Source: Candidatus Parcubacteria bacterium
GTDB lineage: Bacteria; Patescibacteriota; Minisyncoccia; Phycocordibacterales; CAIZLB01
Reading direction: 5' to 3'
DNA: 64,000 nt
NCBI GenBank assembly: GCA_043760135.1
Contig: JAYUPL010000007.1
Location: 64,106-128,105, forward strand
Shown here: in pieces, positions 19,570-29,913 of the stretch
How the letters are laid out: each line of letters begins with the position of its first letter
Position numbering within the stretch: position 1 is the first letter of the stretch
The notes under the pieces: model-generated
Told to the model about the DNA's origin: nothing
Seen by the model: the letters and a program-made list of their open reading frames with translations, nothing else
Database searches by the model: none
Made by a program: the position numbers and the translations under genes

Positions 19570-20625
19570 ATGATCACTACACTTTTATTTTTACTCGTTT
19601 TATCAATCCTAGTTTTTGTTCACGAACTTGGACACTTTCTTTTTTCAAAACTTTTCAAAGTTCGTGTAGATGAATTTGCACTTGGATTTCCTCCGAGAGT
19701 TTTCTCATTTAAAAAAGGTGAAACTACTTACGCTCTAAACGCTCTACCACTTGGTGGATATGTGAAGATTCACGGTGAAAATCCAGAGGACGGTGATGAT
19801 AAAGGGGATAAAAGGAACTTCCAAAATATATCAGCATGGAAACAGATTGTTATATTGTGTGCTGGGGTTGTTTTTAATCTTTTGTTTGCATGGTTGTTAA
19901 TGTCACTCACTCTGCTGATAGGAACATCAAAAGTTGCACTTGATGGAGTGGATGATAAATACATCGAAGGACCACGTCAGGTGTTGATTCATCAAATATT
20001 AAAGGATAGTCCGGCAGATCTTGCAGGTATTAAAGCTGGGGACTATGTGGTGTCAGTAAATGGTTCAAGTACAACTGATATTAAACAAGTACAAGAAAGT
20101 ATTAAAAACGCTCCATCACCTTTCACTGTTGTATTATCTAAGGCTAATGCAACTTCATCTGTGGAAGTTGAGAAATCGGCAAATAACACTATTGGTGTTG
20201 GTTTGGCTGAAACTGCAAAAGTTCGTATGGGATTTTTTGCAAGTATCTACTATGGAGCTCAAGGAACATACAATCTTACAACTCAAGTTTTCACAGGTGT
20301 GGCTGGGTTTTTTGGAAAATTGTTTACAGGACAGGGCTCATGGTCCGAGGTTTCTGGTCCAGTTGGAATCGCTAAAGTTGTAGGAACATCATCACAAGAA
20401 GGATTTGTTTCTCTTTTGTTTATCACTATCATCATATCTATATCTTTGGCTGCGATGAACATATTACCGTTTCCGGCTCTTGATGGAGGACGTGTGGTGA
20501 TTGCTGTGATAGAGGGGGTGTTAAAAAGAAAATTACCTATCAAATTTGTGAATGCTTTAAATGGAATAGGGTTTATATTATTATTAACATTAATGCTAGT
20601 TGTTACTGTGAAAGATATATTATAA
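19570..20625 (+). CDS. rseP: RIP metalloprotease RseP (M50, PDZ)
   Basis: HELGH, NILPFPALDGG. Confidence 0.93.
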   Translation: MITTLLFLLVLSILVFVHELGHFLFSKLFKVRVDEFALGFPPRVFSFKKGETTYALNALPLGGYVKIHGENPEDGDDKGDKRNFQNISAWKQIVILCAGVVFNLLFAWLLMSLTLLIGTSKVALDGVDDKYIEGPRQVLIHQILKDSPADLAGIKAGDYVVSVNGSSTTDIKQVQESIKNAPSPFTVVLSKANATSSVEVEKSANNTIGVGLAETAKVRMGFFASIYYGAQGTYNLTTQVFTGVAGFFGKLFTGQGSWSEVSGPVGIAKVVGTSSQEGFVSLLFITIIISISLAAMNILPFPALDGGRVVIAVIEGVLKRKLPIKFVNALNGIGFILLLTLMLVVTVKDIL

Positions 20626-20637
20626 TTAATAAGAACA

Positions 20638-21981
20638 ATGGAAAATAACCCCTACAACAGTGATTATCATAAATATCTAGAAAATCTGAAAGCAAATTTA
20701 GATCAATCTAATGGGTATGTTAATTCTGGTCATCACACTGAAGGGGAAGTTTCCGCTCCATTAAAGCCTACCAATAGTTTGTGGAAGTTTGGTTTAGGGG
20801 CTGTTGGCGTTGCTGTTGTCGGTGTGTCAGTTGTTTCGTTTTTGACGCAGGGTGTATTATTGTTTTTTGATAAAAATGAAAAATCTCAAACAATTACAGT
20901 TGTGAAATCAGATCAAGAAAAAGTGAATGATGAATTAAAAAAAATGTATGTAAGAGCTGATTTGGATAGAGGTGTTTTTGCTACAACAACAGAGGCGACA
21001 ACTACAGAAATAAAAAAAGTTGAAGTTGCTGTAAAAGAACCTTTCGATATAACAAAATACTTCGATATAGATATTCCTGGTGTCTCTCGCATTGGATTTG
21101 ATGAGAGTATGGGTAATCAGTATTTAACTGATAATATAAATAAATACAGTGATAAAACTTTGGTTATAGGAACAAGGGAAAATCCAAATGAAATTTATCC
21201 TGGTGGAGACGATATGCTGGAAGATAAGTATGATCTTATTGCAAAGGCTACATTCCCGACCTTATCTTCGAGATCGTATCTTATGGCAGATTTGGATAGT
21301 GGTGAAATAATTCTAGAAAAAAACTCTGATGACATATATCCCATCGCTTCTATTAGTAAGATTATGACCGCAGTTATAGCAACAGAAAAAATGAATCTTC
21401 AAGATGTGGCTATTGTCTCAAGAGATGCAACCAATGCCTATGGTGGGCAAGGTGGTCTTTTGCTTGGTGAAAAAATAAGATTATCCGATCTTGTGTTTCC
21501 TCTTTTGATGGAATCAAGTAATGATGCTGCAGAGGTTTTTGCTGATCATTTTGGTCATCAAGAATTTATGGATGAGATGAATATTAAAGCAGCTTCACTC
21601 GGGATGAGTGATACGTATTATAATGACCCATCCGGATTAGATCCAAAAAATAGTTCAACTCCAAAAGATTTATTAAAATTAGTTCGTTATATTTGGAAAC
21701 ATGACCCAACAATATTTGACACTACTCGTGTAAAACAATTTTCTATCAAAGGTCACACATGGTTAAATAGAAATGCACAGCTTCCATTAGCAGGATATGT
21801 AGGAGGAAAAAATGGGTATATCGATCAAGCATTGCAAACAACAGCATCTATATTTGAAATTCCAACATTGAAGGGTGGAACTCGAAAAGTTGTGATCGTT
21901 GTACTCAAAAGTAACGATAAAAATGGAGATGTGGTAAAACTTATTAATTTCCTTAAGAAGAGCACGGTGTATACTCCATAA
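20638..21981 (+). CDS. D-alanyl-D-alanine carboxypeptidase (peptidase S11)
   Basis: PIASISKIMTA, SSNDAA, GGKNGY. Confidence 0.88.
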   Translation: MENNPYNSDYHKYLENLKANLDQSNGYVNSGHHTEGEVSAPLKPTNSLWKFGLGAVGVAVVGVSVVSFLTQGVLLFFDKNEKSQTITVVKSDQEKVNDELKKMYVRADLDRGVFATTTEATTTEIKKVEVAVKEPFDITKYFDIDIPGVSRIGFDESMGNQYLTDNINKYSDKTLVIGTRENPNEIYPGGDDMLEDKYDLIAKATFPTLSSRSYLMADLDSGEIILEKNSDDIYPIASISKIMTAVIATEKMNLQDVAIVSRDATNAYGGQGGLLLGEKIRLSDLVFPLLMESSNDAAEVFADHFGHQEFMDEMNIKAASLGMSDTYYNDPSGLDPKNSSTPKDLLKLVRYIWKHDPTIFDTTRVKQFSIKGHTWLNRNAQLPLAGYVGGKNGYIDQALQTTASIFEIPTLKGGTRKVVIVVLKSNDKNGDVVKLINFLKKSTVYTP

Positions 21982-21984
21982 TAA

Positions 21985-22083
21985 ATTTATTTATTTCATT
22001 CTGTTTCAGTCCTCGACTCTTGTCTAGGACAAAAGGTCTGCGAAGCGCTTTGCCTAGGGTAAAGTGACATTCCATAAATAAAT
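21985..22083. repeat. Structured intergenic repeat family A, copy 1
   Basis: Homologous to the reverse complement of 40580-40702; 25-nt identical core. Confidence 0.8.
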
Positions 22084-22128
22084 GTAAGAGAAATGACCAA
22101 CCTAAATTTTTGTGGTAAAATCAGGGAT

Positions 22129-23847
22129 ATGCAAGACGAAAAGAAACAAAACGACATAACCTATTTTGGTGTTACTGATGCCCGTGGAAAACAAGTAAAA
22201 TTCGGTATCAGAAAAGAGGACCGTCTTCGTCATATGTATGCTATTGGTAAAACTGGTATGGGTAAATCAACTTTACTTGAAAATATGGCCATTCAAGACA
22301 TTCAAAATGGTGAAGGAATGGCTTTCCTCGACCCACACGGTAAAACCGCTGAATTGCTCTTAGAATTCGTTCCAGAGCATCGTATAAAGGACGTTATATA
22401 CTTTGCACCTTTTGATCTAGAGCACCCCGTAGCATTGAACGTGCTCGAAGATACAGCACTGGGAGATGAATCATCATCAAGTATTCGATCACAATTTATA
22501 GTGTCAGGTCTGATGTCAACCTTTAAGAAAATTTGGAAAGATCAATGGTCAGCTCGTATGGAGTATATTTTGAACTATACACTTTTAGCTTTATTGGAAA
22601 TTCCAGAAGCGACACTTTTGGACGTTAACCGTATGCTCTCAGATAAGACATTTCGTAAAGACGTGATTGATCGACTGAAAGAGCCAACTGTAAAAGCCTA
22701 TTGGGAAAAAGAATTTGCATCGATGACCGACAAGATGGTAGCCGAAGCTGTACCAGCTATTCAAAACAAAGTAGGACAATTTATTTCAAATGCTTTGATT
22801 AGAAATATTATAGGTCAAACAAAATCCTCATTCGATTTTAGACAAGCGATGGATGAGAAAAAAATAATTATTTTTAATCTTTCTATTGGACGTATAGGAG
22901 AAGATGCAGTAAACCTATTGGGATCTCTCTTTGTTACAAAAATATACCTTGCAGCCATGAGTCGTGCTGATATGACTGATAGAGAAATGAAGGACGTTCC
23001 AAACTTCTACTTGTACGTGGATGAGTTCCAAAATTTTATCAATGATTCATTTGCTCAGATTTTGTCTCAAGCTCGTAAGTACAAACTCGGACTTATTGTT
23101 GCGCACCAATATGTAAAGCAAATGTCTGAAATAGTTCATGATGCTATCTTTGGAAACGTCGGGACAATGATTGCGTATCGTATTGGTGCTGACGATGCCG
23201 ATGCATTTGAAAAAGAATTTAAACCAACTTTTTTACCTGAAGATTTTACAAACATTGGTCGTTTTCAAATGTATCTTAAACTTATGATTGATGGAGTAAC
23301 TTCGCCAGCTTTTTCTGCAACGGGTATGGGTCCATGGCCAGAACCAGAGCAAAGTTTTGTGAAAGAGATTATTGAATCATCACGTGCTCTTTATTCACAT
23401 CCAAGAAAAGATGTAGAGGCTCATATTTTAAAGTGGACATTGGGTGGAGATAGGGGCGGTAAAGCTGAGGGTTCTCAACCTAAACCAACAATAGATCAAC
23501 CAAGAAGAATGGAACAACCTCGAACTGAGCCAAGACGTGATGAAAGGCCACGAGAAATAAGTCGCGATCAAAATCGAGAGCCTCGAAGGGAACCTGTTCG
23601 AAATGAAATACGAAATGATAGACCAAGAACAGAATCAAGACCTCCTATGGATCGTCCTGTGCCATTGCATAACCCATTCAAAGTAGCTTTTAAAGAGATA
23701 GAAAAAGTTGATGAACCTGTTAAACAAAAAGAACCTGAAATCATTGATGTGACAAAAGTTCCAGAAATAACATTTGAACCAAAACTTGTAGAAAGAAAAG
23801 AGGTTGATGAGGATACTCTTAAAGACGTTTTAGGTTTGAAGGAGTAA
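22129..23847 (+). CDS. VirD4/TraG-like (HerA/FtsK-type) ATPase with low-complexity C-terminal tail
   Basis: RHMYAIGKTGMGKS, FLDPHG, LYVDEFQNF, ARKYKL...AHQY. Confidence 0.88.
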   Translation: MQDEKKQNDITYFGVTDARGKQVKFGIRKEDRLRHMYAIGKTGMGKSTLLENMAIQDIQNGEGMAFLDPHGKTAELLLEFVPEHRIKDVIYFAPFDLEHPVALNVLEDTALGDESSSSIRSQFIVSGLMSTFKKIWKDQWSARMEYILNYTLLALLEIPEATLLDVNRMLSDKTFRKDVIDRLKEPTVKAYWEKEFASMTDKMVAEAVPAIQNKVGQFISNALIRNIIGQTKSSFDFRQAMDEKKIIIFNLSIGRIGEDAVNLLGSLFVTKIYLAAMSRADMTDREMKDVPNFYLYVDEFQNFINDSFAQILSQARKYKLGLIVAHQYVKQMSEIVHDAIFGNVGTMIAYRIGADDADAFEKEFKPTFLPEDFTNIGRFQMYLKLMIDGVTSPAFSATGMGPWPEPEQSFVKEIIESSRALYSHPRKDVEAHILKWTLGGDRGGKAEGSQPKPTIDQPRRMEQPRTEPRRDERPREISRDQNREPRREPVRNEIRNDRPRTESRPPMDRPVPLHNPFKVAFKEIEKVDEPVKQKEPEIIDVTKVPEITFEPKLVERKEVDEDTLKDVLGLKE

Positions 23848-24877
23848 TTTTGTCAAGAGTTTTGTCAAGAATTATTTTTCCACGACGCTCAAATAGCTTG
23901 TGCACAAGATAGGATAGACCAAGTATAAAAATAATCATGGCTGGAAATGATACATATAAAGGTATATTTTTTATACCTGCATAGGTAAATAATATTTTTC
24001 CAATTTGATGATGAAGAAGATATACGGGGTATGTTAAAAGTCCTAGTGTGTTTATATATGTATTATTTGGAATTTTGAATTTATTTAAAGAAATTAACAA
24101 AAAGATGATATAGAAAGATAAGAAATAAAGTGTAATAGTTGTTGGGTTAAATGGTACTCCATAACCTTCACTTAGATATGGGATTCTCCTTAAGGTGAAA
24201 ATAAGAGATGCAATAAGTGTGTTACACAATGCAAATATTCTCCAATTTGTTAAACCTTCTTTATAGACTTTATAAAATATGACTCCAGCGATAAAGTTTG
24301 GAATCCAAACTATTTCAGAGTCGACCACAATCGGGAAGATCAACATTAAAACTGATAAGATGATTGCCATAACTTCAATGTCTTTAAATTTTTTAAAGAG
24401 GAGTGATAAGAAAATAACAAAATAAAATTTCATCTCAACAGTCAGTGTCCAATATGTTCCATCAAGTGGATCAATATTGAAAAAATATGGAAGCATGGTC
24501 ATGCTGGCCCAAAATCGAGGCCATGACATATATGAAGATATTAAATGTCCGCCAAACAATAAAAACAAAGTGGTAATGAGAGCACAAACCCAAAATACAG
24601 GATATAGTCGCCCAACTCTAGATTTGAAAAACCCATAGGCATTTCTACCTTCGGCAGACAGGGAAATGACAAAACCTGAAATGATAAAAAATAAATCTAC
24701 TCCTAAGTATCCATACTGAAATAACTGTCGTAATACTGGGATATCTATATAAGGTATTTCCTTATAATAAAATGAGAATGCATAATGATATACAACCACA
24801 AAAGCCGCTGCAATAAAACGTAATGTGTTTATTGCACCAATCTTTTTAGTGTTTGAGGATTGTGATTCTAATGTCAT
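23819..24877 (-). CDS. Acyltransferase family 3 (OafA-like O-acetyltransferase)
   Basis: LRFIAA, GVDLFFIISGFVI, WTLTVEMKFY, TYPVYLLH. Confidence 0.9.
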   Translation of the reverse strand: MTLESQSSNTKKIGAINTLRFIAAAFVVVYHYAFSFYYKEIPYIDIPVLRQLFQYGYLGVDLFFIISGFVISLSAEGRNAYGFFKSRVGRLYPVFWVCALITTLFLLFGGHLISSYMSWPRFWASMTMLPYFFNIDPLDGTYWTLTVEMKFYFVIFLSLLFKKFKDIEVMAIILSVLMLIFPIVVDSEIVWIPNFIAGVIFYKVYKEGLTNWRIFALCNTLIASLIFTLRRIPYLSEGYGVPFNPTTITLYFLSFYIIFLLISLNKFKIPNNTYINTLGLLTYPVYLLHHQIGKILFTYAGIKNIPLYVSFPAMIIFILGLSYLVHKLFERRGKIILDKTLDKITPSNLKRL

Positions 24878-24878
24878 A

Positions 24879-25655
24879 TTATAATTGTACCCAAGTTTTT
24901 GGTAGGATTTCAAGTCTATCAGACGACTCCGTATTAGTCCATTGTTTTGGGGCTATAACTATTTTATGAGGATTCTTGTTGAGATATGCAGCCCACCAAG
25001 AAAATGTTGAGTTGGCAATAATATTATGTGAACACTGACTCATCAACATAAGTTCTTCAGCTTCAGATATGTCCCCATTTGAAACGAAAGTCTCAGCACC
25101 TATCTGTATATTTTTTTTTGCCCATTCGATGTCGTCTGAAAATATAAAAAAATGAGGAGTGTTGAGTTGCGATTTAATATGATGCAAGGCTTTGTAATAA
25201 TACTCTAGATCACATAGTCCGTGGTGACTGTTGTTTACATAATCACCACGACGTATATGAATTGAGACAGAATCAGTTTGTATATTTTTAGCCACTTCTT
25301 GTGCAGCCTGACTTAGGGGATTTTTTAAAGTAAATTCTTTTAGGACTTGATTTTTGATGTCGATAAAATATTTTTCACTTTGATAATAGCTGTAGTTTCT
25401 AGTTATTTTTTGCACAACTTTTTTGAAAATTTTTATAAGCGGATTTACGGGTATTTGTTTAAAATTTTCAGATAAACTAATGTTGAACTTATCTAGAAGG
25501 AAAGGGCGGTGGATATCTTTTCTGGTATTGTTAAAAAATGATGTATCAAATATAATGTGCTTTTTATCAATCAGGGATAATTTTAATCCATATGCATATT
25601 GAAAAAGTTGGTTACCGAGACCGCCTTTGATTGTGATTATTTTTGTTTGTGTCAT
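24879..25655 (-). CDS. Alpha-1,2-fucosyltransferase (GT11)
   Basis: GGLGNQLFQYA, HIRRGDY, NSTFSWWAAYL. Confidence 0.93.
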   Translation of the reverse strand: MTQTKIITIKGGLGNQLFQYAYGLKLSLIDKKHIIFDTSFFNNTRKDIHRPFLLDKFNISLSENFKQIPVNPLIKIFKKVVQKITRNYSYYQSEKYFIDIKNQVLKEFTLKNPLSQAAQEVAKNIQTDSVSIHIRRGDYVNNSHHGLCDLEYYYKALHHIKSQLNTPHFFIFSDDIEWAKKNIQIGAETFVSNGDISEAEELMLMSQCSHNIIANSTFSWWAAYLNKNPHKIVIAPKQWTNTESSDRLEILPKTWVQL

Positions 25656-26411
25656 TTATTTTAGTATACTCCTTAGTTTGTCTATGGTTTTGGCGAGTAT
25701 GTATCCATTATACGATTTTTTATATTTTTCTATAATAAGTGCCTGAGTATCTTTCCCTACTTTTATTTTCATGGCATTGCTCTGACTATTATGTTTTCTG
25801 TAGGCAGTTGTGTATTGGTGTAGATTGGCGAACTTATATTTCAGGCCTATTTTAAGCCACAGGTCATAATCTTCCCAGATAGCAAGTCCAACATCATACC
25901 CACCCAAGTTTAATATATCTTCTTTACGATACAATACGCTTGAGTGGCAAAATAGATTTTTCATCAATAGAAGATTCTTAATTATAAAGTTACTTGAAGG
26001 GTATTTTACTTTTTTGATGGTGTGACCTTGTTCATCGACAATAATCATATTTGATCCTATAAGGGTGTGATCTTTGTGCAGGTCCAAGAACTCGTTTTGA
26101 AGAGAAAGTTTGTTGGTATCAATCCAATAATCGTCACTATCGAGCACTGCAACATATTCACCGGTCGACAGAGAAAGACCTTTGTTTCGATTTTTGGTTA
26201 TCCCTAAATTTTCAGAATTTTTAATGTATCTAATTCGAGAGTCTGTGTATGAAGAAATTATCTCCTCTGTATTATCAGTTGAACAATCGTCTACTATAAT
26301 CAATTCCCAATCTTGAAAAGTTTGAAAAAGAACAGAGTCGATGGCTTGTTTTATAAAATGTGCTCGGTTGTACGTACACATTTGTATGCTTATTTTTGGA
26401 GTGTGTGTCAT
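25656..26411 (-). CDS. Glycosyltransferase family 2
   Basis: TYNRA, VDDCSTD, LDSDD, EDYDLW. Confidence 0.92.
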   Translation of the reverse strand: MTHTPKISIQMCTYNRAHFIKQAIDSVLFQTFQDWELIIVDDCSTDNTEEIISSYTDSRIRYIKNSENLGITKNRNKGLSLSTGEYVAVLDSDDYWIDTNKLSLQNEFLDLHKDHTLIGSNMIIVDEQGHTIKKVKYPSSNFIIKNLLLMKNLFCHSSVLYRKEDILNLGGYDVGLAIWEDYDLWLKIGLKYKFANLHQYTTAYRKHNSQSNAMKIKVGKDTQALIIEKYKKSYNGYILAKTIDKLRSILK

Positions 26412-26427
26412 GTGAATTTATTTTAAT

Positions 26428-27156
26428 CTATTTTTTAATAAACCAAAAACATCCACAGCCGTATGTTTCATTTTTTACGAGGGCAGGATTGGCATTCGCT
26501 ATAATTCCGCCTTTTTCTCCAGACTCTGGGATAAGAGAAAATTCTTTTAATTCAAATCCATCAAAGTAGGAAATAATCTGCTCATATGAATAGATGCGGT
26601 GGGCGTTGAACTCAATTTTTGGTTTTCCTACCGGTGTTACGAACAAAAGGTTACCTCCAAGTTGAACTACTCTTTTAAGCTCGTCTATGGCTTTGATATC
26701 ACCTTCAGCATCTATTGGGTCGCCATACCTACCAAGTCCAATATGCTCGATCGTATGCATGCAAGAAATTGACAGAACACTATTATTATCAAATGGGAGA
26801 GAGTGAAGGTTTCCTTCAAGGCTTCGTAGTCCACTTAATTTAAGGTCGGCTGGTCTGTAGTCATAAAAATCCACATCAGTAAAAGCTGAGACGATTCCAC
26901 AGAAATATAAACTCGATGAGATATCAATGTGCTTGATCGGATTTATCTCTTTTACTTTTCGGGCGGCCCATGAAGTGTGATAGACATAATGTCGATCAAA
27001 TCCAGTCTTAATAGTCTTATCTTTTACTTGGGGATAAAAGTCTTTGAAGCTCAGGGAAAAACGATCTGATTTTGCGGCTTTTTTGAAGGCGAAATAATCC
27101 TTCAAGACAAAAGGAGAGAGAATTATTCTGATTGCTTTTTTAATGATTTTTTTCAT
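26428..27156 (-). CDS. DUF268-like SAM-dependent methyltransferase
   Basis: FDRHYVYHTSWAAR, SCMHTIEHIGLGRYGDPID, FNAHRIY. Confidence 0.8.
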   Translation of the reverse strand: MKKIIKKAIRIILSPFVLKDYFAFKKAAKSDRFSLSFKDFYPQVKDKTIKTGFDRHYVYHTSWAARKVKEINPIKHIDISSSLYFCGIVSAFTDVDFYDYRPADLKLSGLRSLEGNLHSLPFDNNSVLSISCMHTIEHIGLGRYGDPIDAEGDIKAIDELKRVVQLGGNLLFVTPVGKPKIEFNAHRIYSYEQIISYFDGFELKEFSLIPESGEKGGIIANANPALVKNETYGCGCFWFIKK

Positions 27157-27773
27157 TATAAAATATGAATTATGTCTTTGTCGGTAAATACCTTAAGTTT
27201 GAGATTTTTTGATTGCACAAACTCTACCAAATCTTTCATGTGAGGATAATTATCTGTTCCATTAAAAAGTCGAGCATCATCAATCAGTACAACACTCTCA
27301 TCAACCCAATGATTTAAGACAATTTCCAACTCTTTTGATATAGGTGTATGTCCAAAATCTGCACTAGCCTCTGTTATACCTGCTGAATAGTGCGCATCAA
27401 GCCAAAATAATTTTTTAGAAGTGTTGTTTTGCACTATTTTTTCAATCAATAGTCCACTATCTCCTTGAAGGATTTCGACCTGCTTTTTATTTTTAAAATA
27501 TTTTTTAGCTTCATTAGCCAAAGTCTCACTCAATTCGATTGAATAAAGTTTTTTAAAATATTTCTTAACGTAATTTGTCGTAACTCCCAAATAGGTTCCG
27601 GTTTCAATAAAAGTGTCTATGTTGAATAGTTCCTTGGCTGCCAGTATCTTTTCGATTTTATTAATATGAAAAAGCTTGTCTTTGTGTACCGATCGTTTTA
27701 TTTTTTGTATTAAAAATTCTGACTTGATGACAGCTATGTTTCTTTTAATATTGCGTTTTATGTTTTGTATCAT
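27156..27773 (-). CDS. Putative methyltransferase (glycan locus)
   Basis: FIETGTYLG, SIEL, GDS, FWLDAH, IDDARLF. Confidence 0.7.
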   Translation of the reverse strand: MIQNIKRNIKRNIAVIKSEFLIQKIKRSVHKDKLFHINKIEKILAAKELFNIDTFIETGTYLGVTTNYVKKYFKKLYSIELSETLANEAKKYFKNKKQVEILQGDSGLLIEKIVQNNTSKKLFWLDAHYSAGITEASADFGHTPISKELEIVLNHWVDESVVLIDDARLFNGTDNYPHMKDLVEFVQSKNLKLKVFTDKDIIHIL

Positions 27774-28678
27774 TGTTGTGTATTAATTATTTCTAAATAG
27801 TTTTGCACCGAAACTTTGTCTGACAAATTTTCTATACAATACTTTCTGGGATTATAAGCTGAGGCGTTATTCAAAATTGAATCCAGTTGTACATCCAAGG
27901 TCTCTGCGGTGAAGAATCTTCCTGAATCATTTGTTTGATATGGCGCCGCGATCTTTTCGTTAGACCATGCGTATGTGTCATATTGCCAGTCCTTATTTTG
28001 CCAAACCAGCGTTGGGATATTGTATGCCCAAGCCTCTTGAAGGGCTAAGCCTTGACTCTCTGTTTTTTGAAGATAAATTAATACAGATGCGGATAATAGC
28101 TTTTGAAGATAATCCTTTCTAGCATATGTACCATAGGTTATTATATCATATTGTATCTTTTTATCATCTAGCTTTTTAAGGACTTTTTGGTATATTTCTT
28201 CAGGGACATTTTTTTTAAATACTAGGACTTTTTCCCGACTTGAAGTTTCTTCAGGAATTTGAACGCCCGCTGGCCATATTTTTATCTTGTCATTCAGGCT
28301 TGGCTCTAGGTTGATAAACCAGTCTTTGGTCCATTTTGATGGGAAGAGAAGAATGTCTATGTTTTTATCCTGGATGAGGTTTTTGTAATCATATGGGGTT
28401 TGAACGGTTGATGGTCCAACTATCAATTTCTTTATTTTTCCTGCAGATTTTTTATGGACCATCTCCTTTAATATTTCTATACCTGAGAGGACATGAATGG
28501 TGTCATATTTTGGCTTAACCGGATTCACTTCAAATTGGATGTTCAATTCACTCAGTCCTCGAACCAAACTATCCAATACGGCATCAGGTCCAGAATATTT
28601 TCCCAGCATTTTTTTGATAGAATATTTCCAGAATTCTTTTTTGAATATGTTATTTGTTCTTGTGTAGATGGATATCAT
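27770..28678 (-). CDS. Glycosyltransferase (GT-B, GT4-like)
   Basis: PSKW, ESQGLALQEAWAYNIPT. Confidence 0.8.
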   Translation of the reverse strand: MISIYTRTNNIFKKEFWKYSIKKMLGKYSGPDAVLDSLVRGLSELNIQFEVNPVKPKYDTIHVLSGIEILKEMVHKKSAGKIKKLIVGPSTVQTPYDYKNLIQDKNIDILLFPSKWTKDWFINLEPSLNDKIKIWPAGVQIPEETSSREKVLVFKKNVPEEIYQKVLKKLDDKKIQYDIITYGTYARKDYLQKLLSASVLIYLQKTESQGLALQEAWAYNIPTLVWQNKDWQYDTYAWSNEKIAAPYQTNDSGRFFTAETLDVQLDSILNNASAYNPRKYCIENLSDKVSVQNYLEIINTQQ

Positions 28679-28679
28679 A

Positions 28680-29912
28680 TTACTTTACGGATTCATTGAT
28701 TATGTTTTCATACTTATTGATTATATTTTCAATCAAAAATAATTTCTCACCTTTTTCTTTGGCTTTTTGTCCCATTTCTTTTAACTTTCCTGATTTATGA
28801 AATTCTATAAACTCAATCATGTTTTTTGCGTATTGTTCATAATCACCTTTTTCGGAATATCGACTAAATGAGTCATCAAGGTATTCGAGGTGTGCATTCC
28901 AGATATGTGACTTGTGGGTTAGGATTGGATTTCCAACGAGCATTGATTCCGCAATGTTTAAGCCGAATGATTCACCATCTCTTCTGAAATGAGCCAGTAC
29001 ATCGACAGCTTGGTGAAATACCCAGACATCTTCTTCGAGATAGCTTGGTTCAAGCCAATGCACATTTGGTATCTTGCGTTCGATAACTAGCTTTTTGGCT
29101 GCATCAGCAGGGGACATGATGAGATAATGAATATCCGGATTTGTTTTTATGACAATCTCAAAGGCCAATAGTCCAATAGAATCAAAGATGGAGTCATCCG
29201 CTCTGCCGATTCGCCCAAAGACTAAGTCTGTATCTATGATATTAAATCTTTCTCGCAATGCCTGTGCTTTTTCTGGATTTAAGATAGGTCGCTCAGAAGG
29301 AATATATTGAACAGTAAGTCTATCTTCGCTAACTACTCTTTTTGCTAATTTTTTAACTTCTTCTGATATACAGATGTGTTTTACAATATTATCCTGTACT
29401 GTAAATGAACCAAAAATATTTATAAGAATTATTGGAATATTTCTTATATTGATAAGTGGGTAAATTGTTTGTCCGGGAGTTGCGGTTATTATGCAATGTA
29501 TTTTATTATCATTGATAATATTTTCCATCTGTGGATTCATGTCATTGACTATGTATGGCCAGTTTGGTACAACGGAGGCATATGTAAAAGGAATAATCTT
29601 TACATTTGTATGTTGAAGGTAGGCAAGTCGGCTTTTCTCATTTTCCGTTGCATGCATAATAAAAACATTATATTTAGTTGGATCTAGATATTTAGCAATC
29701 ATTTGCAGATTCTTTTCAGTGCCTCCAAAGCTGAGTGCAGTTTTGTGATAGATTAATACATTTGTCTTACTATTTGAACCTTTTTTATTTTGAAATATTC
29801 TATCGTTTTTGTTTGTTTCAGTAAATCTTACATAGAAAAAAGCTGATAATTCAATCGTCTTTATGATTAAATGTCTTACAGGATTTGGTAATATGTAAAA
29901 AAATTTCTTCAT
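28680..29912 (-). CDS. Glycosyltransferase family 4
   Basis: GGTEK, GRIGR, GESFGLNIAESM. Confidence 0.85.
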   Translation of the reverse strand: MKKFFYILPNPVRHLIIKTIELSAFFYVRFTETNKNDRIFQNKKGSNSKTNVLIYHKTALSFGGTEKNLQMIAKYLDPTKYNVFIMHATENEKSRLAYLQHTNVKIIPFTYASVVPNWPYIVNDMNPQMENIINDNKIHCIITATPGQTIYPLINIRNIPIILINIFGSFTVQDNIVKHICISEEVKKLAKRVVSEDRLTVQYIPSERPILNPEKAQALRERFNIIDTDLVFGRIGRADDSIFDSIGLLAFEIVIKTNPDIHYLIMSPADAAKKLVIERKIPNVHWLEPSYLEEDVWVFHQAVDVLAHFRRDGESFGLNIAESMLVGNPILTHKSHIWNAHLEYLDDSFSRYSEKGDYEQYAKNMIEFIEFHKSGKLKEMGQKAKEKGEKLFLIENIINKYENIINESVK

Positions 29913-29913
29913 T

